A stretch of 64,000 bases of DNA from positions 81 through 64,080 of the forward strand of contig JAFRYE010000043.1 in assembly GCA_017441265.1 (NCBI GenBank), given 5' to 3'. Source of the DNA: Lachnospiraceae bacterium. GTDB taxonomy: Bacteria; Bacillota; Clostridia; Lachnospirales; Lachnospiraceae. Within the stretch, counting starts at the first letter, position 1; every line of letters starts with the position of its first letter. Shown piece after piece: positions 1 through 10,012 of this stretch. Both the position numbers and the translations under genes were made by a program. The notes beneath the pieces were generated by a model. It saw only the letters and a list, made by a program, of their open reading frames with translations. It searched no databases and was not told the DNA's origin.

Positions 1-3000
1 TCGACATCCTCTACTGTCGATCCGTCCTACAAGACCTTGTATGCCCACTATTCAGCAAAGACCTACACCGTCACATTCGACAGTACCGGAGGAAGCTCCG
101 TATCGTCCATTAAAGTAACCTTCGGAAATGCTTACGGAACTCTTCCCGTTCCTACTATGACCAACGCAATTTTCCTCGGATGGTTTACTGCCAAGAGCGG
201 CGGCACACAGATTACAGACGCAACCAAGGTTTCCACTGCCGCAAACCACACGCTTTATGCGCAATGGTACAAAAACGTTGTAGTAGTGTCCTTTAACGTC
301 AACGGCGGGTACGGTAACATTCCGGTTGCAACTTATGACATCGGAAGCAAGTACGGCAGCTTGCCGGCAGGGCCCACTCCTCCCACCGGACATTCGTTCA
401 AGGGATGGTTTACTGCTAAGAGCGGCGGCACTCAGATTAAGACCACCTCGACGGTCTCCGCTTCTTATAAGACGTTGTATGCTCAGTATTCTGCAAAAGC
501 ATACACCATCTCTTATAAGAGTGACGGCGGAATGACATTTTCCGACAGCATCGTAGTATACGGCACACCGTACAACATTCCGCATACTCCGGTGCGCAAG
601 TACTATACGTTCCTCGGATGGTACACCGCTGAAACCGGCGGCACCAAGGTGGAACCCACCGATATCATGAAAACTGCCGCAAACCACACGCTTTACGCAC
701 ACTGGAAACGCAATACGGTCAACGTATCTTTCAACGTTAACGGCGGTTACGGAACTATTCCGTCGAAGACGTACAACGTCGGCGACACTTACGGCAGTCT
801 GCCCGCAGGGCCTACCCCTCAGACCGGCTATGCGTTTGCAGGTTGGTTCACAGCAAAGACCGGCGGTACCGAGATTACAACATCCTCGACAGTCTTTTCC
901 ACAAGAACCGTACTGTATGCGCAGTATACCGCAAAGACTTACACAGTCTCCTTTAATGCCAACGGCGGCTCTGCAGTAAGCACCAAGCGGAAAATTACTT
1001 ACGGTACCGCTTACGGAACTCTGCCGACCACGACCCTCACGTACCACACCTTCCTCGGATGGTATACAGCCAAAGACGGGGGTACAAGGATTACAGATAC
1101 TACAAAACTGAGTCTTGCTGCTGACCACACGTTGTACGCACATTGGAAACGTAACACTGTTAACGTCTCCTTCAACGTCAACGGCGGTTACGGCAATATT
1201 CCGAACCGCACATACAATGTCGGTGACACCTACGGCAGCTTCCCTGCTGCACCGACTTCGCCGCAAGGACACTCCTTTGTCGGCTGGTTCACGGCAAAGT
1301 CCGGCGGCACCCGCATTTATTCGACCACACAGGTATATTCATCCAGAACAGTATTATACGCGCACTATTCCGCCAATTCGTACAAGGTATCTTTTGATGC
1401 CAACGGCGGTACAAAAGTAAGCTCCACGCGAACGATCACTTACGGTACTGCTTACGGAACCTTGCCGACTACATCCCGCACTTACCATACCTTCCTGGGA
1501 TGGTATACTGCTAAGGAAGGCGGCAACAAGATCACGGATACAACAAACCTGAGTCTTGCAGTCGACCACACACTGTATGCACACTGGAAACGCAACACCG
1601 TTAACGTCTCCTTCAACGTCAACGGCGGTTATGGCAATATTCCGAACCGCACGTACAATGTCGGTGACACCTACGGCAGTTTCCCTGCTGCACCGACTCC
1701 GCCGCAAGGTCACTCTTTTGTCGGTTGGTTCACGGCCAAGTCCGGTGGTACCCGAATCTATTCAACCACACTAGTATACTCATCCAGAACAGTATTGTAT
1801 GCGCAGTATACCGCTAATTCGTACACGATATCTTTTGATGCCAACGGCGGTGATGCGATAAGCACCACTAAAAAGATCACTTTCGGTACTGCTTACGGAT
1901 CCTTGCCGGTTCCATACCGCATTTACCATACCTTCCAGGGGTGGTATACAGCTAAAGAAAGCGGCACCAGGATCACGGAAACAACAACGCTGAGTCTTGC
2001 AGCCAACCACACACTGTATGCACATTGGAAACGCAACACCGTAACCGTATCTTTCAATTCCAACGGTGGTTACGGTAACGTTCCGGTTCAAACCTACAAC
2101 GTCGGTGATCCCTATGGAAAACTCCCTGTAGGTCCGACCCCTCCGAGTGGTTTGTCGTTCCTTGGGTGGTATACTAAGGCAATCGATGGAGACCTTGTTA
2201 CAGAAAAGACTATCGTTCTGTCCTCAAGAAAATGCTTGTATGCGCATTTCGGTGAAGCAAAATGGAAAGTCACTTTCGACAGTGACGGCGGCTCGGCGGT
2301 AATGCAGAAAACCGTTATCTTTGGCAAAGCTTACGGTACACTTGGCACTCCGACAAAGAGCGGCTACAAATTCTTAGGTTGGTATACTGCTAAGAGCGGT
2401 GGTTCTCCTGTTACCGGCACCACCATCGTATCCATAAACAAGGATCATATTCTGTATGCACGCTGGGGCAAATATGTCACAGTAACCTTCAAGGCTCCGG
2501 AAGGAATGGTTTATCAATCGACCAAAAAGGTTGCATGCAACGAACAATACGGGCAGTTACTCGCAGCTGTAAGGCCCGGGTATGTTTTTGCCGGATGGTA
2601 TACTGCTCCGGACGGCAGAGGTACGATCGTAAACGCAAATACTTTAGTCACTACAACAACAGATCATAATCTATATGCAAAATGGATTGCTCAAGATTCA
2701 TTCACAATAAATGATCTGCTCGATCTGTCCGGTGATGATCCGAACGAATACGTACCTCCTCAGAATATGTCCCACAACATCTATAACAATCCGGATCTGA
2801 CTTCCACAAGCAAAGAATTCACGGGTTTCCTGATCGATTTTTATACCAACAGTTCCGCTAAAGGAACCTATTGGGCTCTTTGCAACTGGACCATGGATAC
2901 ATCCTGCCTCACGCGAAAGGGGATGACAAATATCCACTACCATTTCGCTTCAAGTGCTTACGCAGGTTTACAGTTCACGAATGACGATGCAAAGTGCAAC

Positions 3001-3606
3001 ATAGCTTTTTGGCGAATTGATTATACTGACCCTGCAGGTAACGACTGCTACCAAAACGTCAATCCCACTGTTGTAAAAGGGTTCTCCGGCAAAACTATGG
3101 GAACCTATGACAATGAAGGCAGCGGCTACAACTATCTGAAGAAATTCAACTGGAAAGCCGGAAAATGGTATCGCATGTACCTCGGATGTTTCACCGGAGA
3201 TAACGGAAATACTTACGTAGAATATTGGATTAAGGATATCTCGGCCAATAAATGGACGCATATTGTCACGATTGACACAAATCTTCAGGATTCCTTCTTC
3301 ACCGGAAGTATGTATCAATTTATGGAGAACTTCTCTTCCGACACATGTAACTCCGTTCGTACTCTTGCGTACAAGAACATTTTCGTCCGCGAGAGAAGTA
3401 CCGGCTCCTGGAAATCCATTATAAGTTCAACTCTTTCAACAAAAGAGACTAATAAGAAAAAAGGTAAGGTTGCTTTCGGCAGCAATTCTACCACGCTTTA
3501 CGGAATTACAAGCGGCTATGGTTGTCCGAACAATTCCGCAGGTAAGGGAATGTCGTTAAAAGTTCCTATGCTATCCAATACAGTATCACCGGATACGCCT
3601 TACTGA
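1..3606 (+). CDS. Giant secreted/surface repeat protein, 5'-truncated by the window edge. At least 13 Listeria-Bacteroides (InlB B-repeat/Flg_new type) repeats plus a ~300-aa non-repeat C-terminal domain.
   Basis: Frame 1 is open from base 1 (STSSTVDPSYKTLYAHY matches a repeat end). A ~70-aa unit recurs, with blocks Y.V.F..NGG, YG.LP, F.GW(Y/F)TA..GG..I and TLYA.W. The C-terminal part (from about FTINDLLDLSGDD, containing YWALCNW and AYAGLQF) has no repeat; it resembles a DUF3472-type domain by weak recall only. Stop codon at 3604-3606. Confidence 0.8.
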   Translation, partial: STSSTVDPSYKTLYAHYSAKTYTVTFDSTGGSSVSSIKVTFGNAYGTLPVPTMTNAIFLGWFTAKSGGTQITDATKVSTAANHTLYAQWYKNVVVVSFNVNGGYGNIPVATYDIGSKYGSLPAGPTPPTGHSFKGWFTAKSGGTQIKTTSTVSASYKTLYAQYSAKAYTISYKSDGGMTFSDSIVVYGTPYNIPHTPVRKYYTFLGWYTAETGGTKVEPTDIMKTAANHTLYAHWKRNTVNVSFNVNGGYGTIPSKTYNVGDTYGSLPAGPTPQTGYAFAGWFTAKTGGTEITTSSTVFSTRTVLYAQYTAKTYTVSFNANGGSAVSTKRKITYGTAYGTLPTTTLTYHTFLGWYTAKDGGTRITDTTKLSLAADHTLYAHWKRNTVNVSFNVNGGYGNIPNRTYNVGDTYGSFPAAPTSPQGHSFVGWFTAKSGGTRIYSTTQVYSSRTVLYAHYSANSYKVSFDANGGTKVSSTRTITYGTAYGTLPTTSRTYHTFLGWYTAKEGGNKITDTTNLSLAVDHTLYAHWKRNTVNVSFNVNGGYGNIPNRTYNVGDTYGSFPAAPTPPQGHSFVGWFTAKSGGTRIYSTTLVYSSRTVLYAQYTANSYTISFDANGGDAISTTKKITFGTAYGSLPVPYRIYHTFQGWYTAKESGTRITETTTLSLAANHTLYAHWKRNTVTVSFNSNGGYGNVPVQTYNVGDPYGKLPVGPTPPSGLSFLGWYTKAIDGDLVTEKTIVLSSRKCLYAHFGEAKWKVTFDSDGGSAVMQKTVIFGKAYGTLGTPTKSGYKFLGWYTAKSGGSPVTGTTIVSINKDHILYARWGKYVTVTFKAPEGMVYQSTKKVACNEQYGQLLAAVRPGYVFAGWYTAPDGRGTIVNANTLVTTTTDHNLYAKWIAQDSFTINDLLDLSGDDPNEYVPPQNMSHNIYNNPDLTSTSKEFTGFLIDFYTNSSAKGTYWALCNWTMDTSCLTRKGMTNIHYHFASSAYAGLQFTNDDAKCNIAFWRIDYTDPAGNDCYQNVNPTVVKGFSGKTMGTYDNEGSGYNYLKKFNWKAGKWYRMYLGCFTGDNGNTYVEYWIKDISANKWTHIVTIDTNLQDSFFTGSMYQFMENFSSDTCNSVRTLAYKNIFVRERSTGSWKSIISSTLSTKETNKKKGKVAFGSNSTTLYGITSGYGCPNNSAGKGMSLKVPMLSNTVSPDTPY
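262..2460 (+). repeat. Tandem in-frame supermodules of ~441 bp (two alternating repeat types per module) inside the giant protein gene
   Basis: The codons for (H/Q)W(K/Y) that open each module recur at 262, 700, 1141, 1582 and 2023 (spacing 438-441 bp). Modules 1141-1581 and 1582-2022 differ by only scattered substitutions. Confidence 0.8.
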
Positions 3607-3633
3607 TTGAATTGCCCACATCATGAACAAAGG

Positions 3634-3667
3634 ATTCAGGGTTGTCACCGAGGTGACAACCCTGAAT
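3634..3667. terminator. Bidirectional intrinsic terminator between convergent genes
   Basis: Perfect 15-bp stem attcagggttgtcac / gtgacaaccctgaat with a 4-nt loop. T/A-rich flank (tatttat) follows. Confidence 0.7.
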
Positions 3668-3739
3668 TATTTATCCGTAAGTTCTCAGTTTTTCAATAGC
3701 CTTACAGTATCCTTCCCCATAAGGGAATTCACTGTACCA

Positions 3740-6139
3740 TTACTCCTCCGTGATCATCTCGACGGGTTTCATTTTCCGAACGCGAAGTCCGATGACGGCC
3801 GAGGTGATCGCAGCAACAACCACGATGCTGACTACCGTCAGGATTTTCCAGTGGATCGGGGTGAAGAAGTCGATCTTCTTCAGGCCGAAGAGGGAGAAGA
3901 TTCCTTTGCACAGCCCCTGTCCGGCGAAGTCCGAAACCAGCACGCCGAGCAGACTTCCCGCCAGGAGGGCCGGGACGTTCGAGAGCATGATCTCAAGGAT
4001 CAGCTGTCCGCTTGTGGCTCCGAGCGCCTTGTTGATGCCCATGGAGCGCCACTCTCTCGTGATCTTTGCGCGGATGAGGAGCGCTTCCGTGAAAATGACG
4101 ATGAACAGCGTGACTGCCGCGATGATGATGCATACCATCTGCAGCGCTTTCGAGACCGTGCCCATGGTAGACGTCATGTTCTTTTCCGAATTCACGATCA
4201 CGTATTCCTTGTCACCGTGTGCCGCAGCAATCTCCTTAACCTTCGCCTCGAGGGTCTCGAAGGAGACGTCGTCGTTCGCGTAGATGAGGATATCCATTCT
4301 CGAGATTTCGTTAAGCAGTTTTTCACCGCCCTCGACAGTCAGGTTCATGGTGCGTCCCATGCGTTCCATCCGCTGGTCAAATCCGGTGACGATATAGTCA
4401 ACGCTCTTCGAACCGTTCTTCACGGTCACGACATCGCCGATGGACGCGTCCAGATCCTCCGCCAGCGCCTGCGTCAGCATGATCTCATTGTCATGCATCG
4501 GCACACGGCCATCCAGCACTTTCAGATACATGCGATGATTCACATCGTCCACCACATACGTATATGCCGACTTTTCCTTGTCGCCGTGAATGACGGTGGG
4601 CTCGAATCCCTTCTGCAACAGAACATTGGTCACACCGTCGATCTTGCGGTATTCCTCGGCAAAGGAGATGTCGCCGTTGGAGATGTACACTTTGCCGCCT
4701 TCCATTCCCATGATCTCGAGCAGCGACTCCGGCTTCGCGCCGAAGCTTTCATACATTCCGAATCCCGCCGTCATCGCGATCGTGAGGAGCGCCGCGATAA
4801 CCAAAAGCAGGATGCTGTTCCTCACACTGCCGAAGGTATTCTTCAACGACATCGTCACCGGCAGCGGAAGTCCGCTCTTATCCAGCGGAAAATGATTTTT
4901 CTTATAGTTGTGCGTATTGATGCCTCCGCGAAGCGCATCGAGCACGGTGATCTTCTTGTAAATTCGTCCGATCAGCATTGCGATCAGGAATGTCACCAGA
5001 ACCATGCCTGCGACCGTGGCCGCTGCCAGGATCCGGTGAACCGGCTGGTTCCACGCAAGTCCGAGCACTGCGCTGACGAGATCGCCGAACATGTCGCTCG
5101 TGAGGATTCCGACTCCCACGCCGAGGATCGAACCGATCAGCGCCACAAGCACGATCTGAAGAACCAGAGCGAGGCGAAGCATCGAGGCGGTGTAGCCGGC
5201 TGCCTCCAAAACGCCGGTGTTCTTCATGTTCCGAACGATAAAGTTGCGAACGCCGTGCGTGATGATGATAAACGCGATGACCAGCGTGAGAGCACCGAAC
5301 ATCAGCACGATGCCCATCACAACCTGCGGAAGGAATTTTGCGCCGCCGCGCATCATATGCCAGTTGATCGAGACGTAATTTGCATAGTTGTTCTGCGGGT
5401 TTTCCTCGGCCGTCGGAGCAATGAGCTCCAGATAACGCTCGCAGATCTCCTTCTCGACCGTCATCGTCTCAAGCCCGTCTTCAAGTGCCTTCCGGTCCAC
5501 AACACCGCGGTAGACGGTACCCCATCCGGCCTGTGCCGGACTGTCCGTCGTGATGCGGTCAAGCATCGACTGCGACAGGTAGCAGTAGTACGTCGTGATG
5601 TTGATCGACGACGAAAAATAAGGATCCTCCGCATAGCCCGCCACATTCAGGCTGTACACGTGGTCGCCGAACTTCAGCTCCATCGTGTCTCCTACGGAGA
5701 AACGGCTCTTTAAGAAGAACGGGATCAGGATGTCATTTTCCTTCAGGCCTTCGGAGTTGATCCCGAGATTCATGATCCGGTGGCTTGTTGTGTACGGCTC
5801 CGCGTAGAAGGAGTACTCCTCGAAATCGTCATCCTTCGCGTTGCGGTACTGTCCGTACATGTTCACGAAAGGCACCGTCTCGAAGTCGACAATGTATTGA
5901 TTTTCCGTATACGCTTTCGTCCAGGCCTCGGTCTCCTCGGGGGAGTTTCCGGCGAGCGTCTCGACATGCGCTCCGTTCACCTTCTCGAAGCGATCCTCCA
6001 GCACCTTCGGCATTCCCAGAAGCGCCGACAAGCACTGGAAGATCAGGTAGGACGCAAGGAATGTGAAAAGCAGAAACGTGATCATGTCGCCTTTTTGCTT
6101 TTTGATGTTGTTTCGTGCAATGAAGAAAAGCTTATACAT
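3740..6139 (-). CDS. ABC transporter permease, FtsX/MacB-type with duplicated FtsX domains and large extracytoplasmic domains
   Basis: Start chosen at MYKLFFIARNNIKKQKG (ATG 6139, GGGGTGG RBS), one nt after the ATPase stop. Shows a TM - large loop - 3 TM pattern twice, typical of ~800-aa FtsX-family permeases. Confidence 0.8.
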   Translation of the reverse strand: MYKLFFIARNNIKKQKGDMITFLLFTFLASYLIFQCLSALLGMPKVLEDRFEKVNGAHVETLAGNSPEETEAWTKAYTENQYIVDFETVPFVNMYGQYRNAKDDDFEEYSFYAEPYTTSHRIMNLGINSEGLKENDILIPFFLKSRFSVGDTMELKFGDHVYSLNVAGYAEDPYFSSSINITTYYCYLSQSMLDRITTDSPAQAGWGTVYRGVVDRKALEDGLETMTVEKEICERYLELIAPTAEENPQNNYANYVSINWHMMRGGAKFLPQVVMGIVLMFGALTLVIAFIIITHGVRNFIVRNMKNTGVLEAAGYTASMLRLALVLQIVLVALIGSILGVGVGILTSDMFGDLVSAVLGLAWNQPVHRILAAATVAGMVLVTFLIAMLIGRIYKKITVLDALRGGINTHNYKKNHFPLDKSGLPLPVTMSLKNTFGSVRNSILLLVIAALLTIAMTAGFGMYESFGAKPESLLEIMGMEGGKVYISNGDISFAEEYRKIDGVTNVLLQKGFEPTVIHGDKEKSAYTYVVDDVNHRMYLKVLDGRVPMHDNEIMLTQALAEDLDASIGDVVTVKNGSKSVDYIVTGFDQRMERMGRTMNLTVEGGEKLLNEISRMDILIYANDDVSFETLEAKVKEIAAAHGDKEYVIVNSEKNMTSTMGTVSKALQMVCIIIAAVTLFIVIFTEALLIRAKITREWRSMGINKALGATSGQLILEIMLSNVPALLAGSLLGVLVSDFAGQGLCKGIFSLFGLKKIDFFTPIHWKILTVVSIVVVAAITSAVIGLRVRKMKPVEMITEE

Positions 6140-6140
6140 C

Positions 6141-6953
6141 TTACCACCCCATTTCCTGAAGGAAACTCTTAAGCTTAGCGTGGCGCTCCTTCGCGAGCGC
6201 AAGCTGCGGATTTTTCTCGTCGCGGTAATCGCCGGCGTACGGTCCGAGGTCAACTTCCGCGGTGATCACGCCGTCTGCGAGGTAGAGAATGCGATTGCCT
6301 CTCTCCGCCGCCTTGATCGTATGCGTAACCATGACAATGCTCTGTCCGTCGTCATTGAGCTCCGTGAGGATGTTCAGGACATTTTCCGTGTTCTGGGAGT
6401 TCAATGCTCCGGTAGGCTCGTCGGCGTAAAGGATTTCCGGCTGGTTGATGACACCGCGCACCACGGCGACGCGCTGCTGCTGTCCGCCGGAGAGCTGCGC
6501 CGGGAATTTGCGCTGGTCGCGGTCCTCGATCTCCACCTGAGTAAGGAGCTTGCGAGCCCGTTCCGCAATGGCCTTGCGGTCGCCGCCCCGGAGGAGGCCG
6601 CATACCATGACGTTGTCAAGCGCGCTCATCGAATCGTTGAGATAGTTCTGCTGGAAAACGAACCCCGCGTGGTCTCTGCGGAAGCGCGCCAGCTGGTCGT
6701 TGCTGTACTTGGAAATCTCCTCGTCCCCGTCGTTCACATGGTACGTGACGGTTCCGATAGTCGGCCGGTCCATGCCGGAGAGCGTGTACAAAAGCGTACT
6801 CTTGCCGGAGCCGGAGTTTCCCATGATGACCGTGAAGTCTCCGCGGTACACCGTGAGGTTTAAGTTCTTCAAAACGTGCTGCTGCACCGACTCATTGGAA
6901 AATGTCTTGGAAAGATCCTTGGCTGTTACGATACCCTGTTTTTTCTCACTCAT
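6141..6953 (-). CDS. ABC transporter ATP-binding protein (MacB/LolD-like)
   Basis: Walker A GNSGSGKST, signature LSGGQQQR, Walker B ILYADEPT. ATG at 6953 lies 9 nt after AAGGAG; the longer ORF to 7091 lacks an RBS. Confidence 0.9.
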   Translation of the reverse strand: MSEKKQGIVTAKDLSKTFSNESVQQHVLKNLNLTVYRGDFTVIMGNSGSGKSTLLYTLSGMDRPTIGTVTYHVNDGDEEISKYSNDQLARFRRDHAGFVFQQNYLNDSMSALDNVMVCGLLRGGDRKAIAERARKLLTQVEIEDRDQRKFPAQLSGGQQQRVAVVRGVINQPEILYADEPTGALNSQNTENVLNILTELNDDGQSIVMVTHTIKAAERGNRILYLADGVITAEVDLGPYAGDYRDEKNPQLALAKERHAKLKSFLQEMGW

Positions 6954-7123
6954 TGTTGTAATCTCCTTCTTGATCATCGTTTCTTTTCCTCTTCCGCAGG
7001 GGTTTCGTCTTGCGCCTTTGCGCTTCTCCCTCGGTTCTGAGGCTATCATACAACAGCGGAACACGGAAGTCTTTACGCAACTCTTGTGCAATTCTTAATT
7101 AATTCCTAAACGTGAAAAACACA

Positions 7124-7157
7124 AAAAATCCCGGCAGCCATCGCAAATGCTGCCGGG
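7124..7157 (-). terminator. Intrinsic terminator downstream of the trmH-like gene
   Basis: Minus strand reads cccggcagc-loop-gctgccggg followed by TTTTTT. Confidence 0.7.
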
Positions 7158-7175
7158 AAATTCTTTATAATTCCG

Positions 7176-7955
7176 TCATTCCTTCATCCGATACATCAAG
7201 ATCGCCGCCGCGACCGCCGCGTTCAAAGATTCCGCAGCGCCCTCCATGGGAATGCGCACGCGCACGTCCGAAAGGCAGGTGATCCCATCCGTCAGACCGT
7301 TCGCTTCGTTGCCGATCAGTACGGCGCATCGCCCTGCGTACGCAGGCTCCGTGTACGGTACCGACCCCTGCAGGTGCGCCGCATACAGCGTCACCCCGTT
7401 TGCTTTCAGTTCCGCAAGCGTCGCCGCAAGATCGTCCGTGTACACAAACGGAACGCGCAATATTGCGCCCATGGTCGAGCGAACCACCTTCGGGTTGAAC
7501 GCGTCCACCGAATCCGCTGAAAGGATCACTCCGCTCATTCCGGCCGCCTCCGCCGTTCGCAGGATTGTTCCGAGGTTGCCCGGATCGCGCAGGCTCTCCA
7601 GCACCAGAAGTTTCGCATCTTCCCTCGCGAGCATCTCCTCCGTCCGATACGAAGGCATCGACACGACCGCCATCACGCCCTGCGGCGTCACGGTCTCCGC
7701 CACCGCGTCGAACGCATCGTCCGCCACCGTCTCGTACGGGATCGCTGCCAGCGCCTCGCTCTCCTCCGGACTCAGCTCCGACAGGCCGCGCTCCGACCAA
7801 TAGGTCCGCACAAGCGCTTCGGGGTGCTGCGCCAGGATCTCGAAGAACATTTTCCGACCCTCGCACACAAACACCTTGTCCTCCTCGCGGGCGCTTCGCT
7901 TCTTTAAAAGCGTCGCAAGGTATTTCAACTGCGGATTGGATCTGGCTGTGATCAT
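7176..7955 (-). CDS. TrmH/SpoU-family RNA 2'-O-methyltransferase (RlmB-like)
   Basis: SpoU motifs LRDPGNLGTILRTAEAAG, VLIGNEANGL and IPMEGAAESLNAAVAAAI. Starts 17 nt after the prfA stop. Confidence 0.8.
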   Translation of the reverse strand: MITARSNPQLKYLATLLKKRSAREEDKVFVCEGRKMFFEILAQHPEALVRTYWSERGLSELSPEESEALAAIPYETVADDAFDAVAETVTPQGVMAVVSMPSYRTEEMLAREDAKLLVLESLRDPGNLGTILRTAEAAGMSGVILSADSVDAFNPKVVRSTMGAILRVPFVYTDDLAATLAELKANGVTLYAAHLQGSVPYTEPAYAGRCAVLIGNEANGLTDGITCLSDVRVRIPMEGAAESLNAAVAAAILMYRMKE

Positions 7956-7971
7956 GGTAGAAACCCTCTCT

Positions 7972-9045
7972 TCACTGCTCTTCCTGCTTCGCCAATTTGG
8001 CTGCCTGATCGGCCGCCGTCAATGCATCGATGATCTCCTGCAGATCGCCGTTAAGGATCTTGTCCAGCTTGTACAGCGTAAGACCGATCCGATGGTCCGT
8101 CACACGGCTCTGCGGAAAATTATACGTTCTGATCTTCTCGGAGCGGTCGCCCGTTCCGATCTGGCTCCGTCTCGCCGCAGCCTCGGCGTCATGCGCCTTC
8201 TGCAGCTCGAGGTCATACAATTTCGCACGAAGCAAAGCGAACGCCTTGTCACGGTTCTGCAGCTGGGATTTCTCCGTCTGGGAATACACAACGATCCCGG
8301 ACGGAAAATGAGTCAACCGCACCGCCGAGTCCGTCGTGTTGACGCACTGGCCGCCGTTGCCGGACGCACGCATGACGTCGATGCGGATGTCCTTCTCGTC
8401 GATGACGATATCGACATCCTCCGCCTCCGGCATCACTGCCACCGAGGCCGTCGAGGTGTGGATCCGTCCGCCCGACTCGGTCTCCGGCACGCGCTGCACG
8501 CGGTGCACGCCGCTCTCGTACTTCAGCACGGAATACGCTCCCTGGCCCTTGACCAGGAACTCCGCCTCCTTCATACCGCCGAGCCCCGTCTCGTCAACGT
8601 TGACGAGCTCCACTTTCCACCGGCGCGACTCGATGTAATGAAGATACATCCGGTACAGCTCCGCCGCAAACAGCGCAGCCTCCTCGCCGCCGGCTCCGGC
8701 CCGGATCTCCACGACGACGTTCTTGTCATCGCACGGATCCTTCGGGATCAGCAATAATTTCAGTTGGTTTTCATAATTTTCGATCTGCGAGCGGCCGTCC
8801 GCCAGCTCCTCCTTGAGCATTTCCCGCATCTCGGGGTCGCTCTCGCCCTCGAGCATCTCGAGGCTGTCCGCAACCGTCTGTTTTGCATTCTTATAAGCAA
8901 GATATGTCGTCACCAGCGGCTCGCAGTCACTCTGCTCTTTCATCAGCTTGCGGAACCGGTTCGTATCCGACGTCGCCTCGGGGCTCGACAGCTCCAGCTG
9001 CAGCTCCTCATAGCGCTTGCATACGTCTTCCAATTGTTCAAACAT
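7972..9045 (-). CDS. prfA: Peptide chain release factor 1
   Basis: GGQ motif ([19 protein letters not shown]) plus a class-I release factor fold; an RF1-type PxT tripeptide is not visible in the translation, so the RF1 (rather than RF2) call rests on the prmC neighbourhood and overall sequence recall. Start at MFEQLE (ATG 9045, AAAGGA RBS); the alternative upstream ATG is 9066. Confidence 0.9.
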   Translation of the reverse strand: MFEQLEDVCKRYEELQLELSSPEATSDTNRFRKLMKEQSDCEPLVTTYLAYKNAKQTVADSLEMLEGESDPEMREMLKEELADGRSQIENYENQLKLLLIPKDPCDDKNVVVEIRAGAGGEEAALFAAELYRMYLHYIESRRWKVELVNVDETGLGGMKEAEFLVKGQGAYSVLKYESGVHRVQRVPETESGGRIHTSTASVAVMPEAEDVDIVIDEKDIRIDVMRASGNGGQCVNTTDSAVRLTHFPSGIVVYSQTEKSQLQNRDKAFALLRAKLYDLELQKAHDAEAAARRSQIGTGDRSEKIRTYNFPQSRVTDHRIGLTLYKLDKILNGDLQEIIDALTAADQAAKLAKQEEQ

Positions 9046-9124
9046 AAGTCTATCATCCTTTCTCATTCCGAATTGTCATTGCGGCGGTTTTTTCACCGCC
9101 AAGGTCACAAAGGTTCCCCCTCTG

Positions 9125-9985
9125 CTACAAATGACCGATGACAACCCGGTCGAGTCCGGCGTAATCTTTCTCGACGCGCACCTCGGAAAATCCCGCTCCG
9201 CGGAACAGGGCCGGCACGCTGACGCCCTGGTCAAATCCGATTTCCACGATCAGTATACCTCCCTTTCTCCCGTCCGCCGGCCTGCGCAGATGCTTTGCTC
9301 CCTCGCACACCAGCACACGGTAAAATGCAAGCCCGTCCTCGCCGCCGTACAGCGCAATGCGGGGCTCATAGTCCTTGACTTCCGGCTCCAGCCCTGCAAG
9401 CTGTTCCGGAGGAATATACGGCGGGTTGGACACGATCACATCGAACTCGCCGTCAATTGCCGCAAACATATCGCTCTTTACAAATGCAACCTCCGCACCG
9501 TTTCGCGCGGCGTTGCTCTCCGCCACGGTAAGCGCCTCCTCCGAGATATCCGCGGCGGTCACCGACGCGGGCTTCCCGAGTTTTGCGATACTCACGGCGA
9601 TGCATCCGGAGCCCGTGCACATGTCCAACACCCGCGCGCCTTCGCAGCACGCAAGAGCCTCGCTCACAAGATGCTCCGTATCCTGTCTTGGGATGAGCAC
9701 GGCAGGCGTCACCGCAAAGGGCAGCCCCATGAACTCCGTCTCCCCGAAGATGTATTGCAGCGGTTCCCTCCTGATTCTTCGCGCGAGGATCTCCTCGCAG
9801 GCAGCCCACTCCGCATCGGAGATCGGCTCGCCCCAGGAGGCAATCAAATTGCCCATGGAAATGTTGCAGGCGCGACACAGGATCAGTTCGGACTCCCAGG
9901 TGGCCTCCGCGATCGAAGCGCCTGACAGCCATTTCTCAATCCGCTGTTTCGCCTCCCGATAAGTTACCGGTCTGGGTTCCGACAT
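9125..9985 (-). CDS. prmC: Release factor glutamine N5-methyltransferase
   Basis: NPPY motif (VSNPPYIP) and SAM motif LDMCTGSGCIA. Conserved position next to prfA. Confidence 0.9.
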   Translation of the reverse strand: MSEPRPVTYREAKQRIEKWLSGASIAEATWESELILCRACNISMGNLIASWGEPISDAEWAACEEILARRIRREPLQYIFGETEFMGLPFAVTPAVLIPRQDTEHLVSEALACCEGARVLDMCTGSGCIAVSIAKLGKPASVTAADISEEALTVAESNAARNGAEVAFVKSDMFAAIDGEFDVIVSNPPYIPPEQLAGLEPEVKDYEPRIALYGGEDGLAFYRVLVCEGAKHLRRPADGRKGGILIVEIGFDQGVSVPALFRGAGFSEVRVEKDYAGLDRVVIGHL

Positions 9986-10012
9986 ACCACTATCCTCTCG
10001 TCGCTGCTGTAT

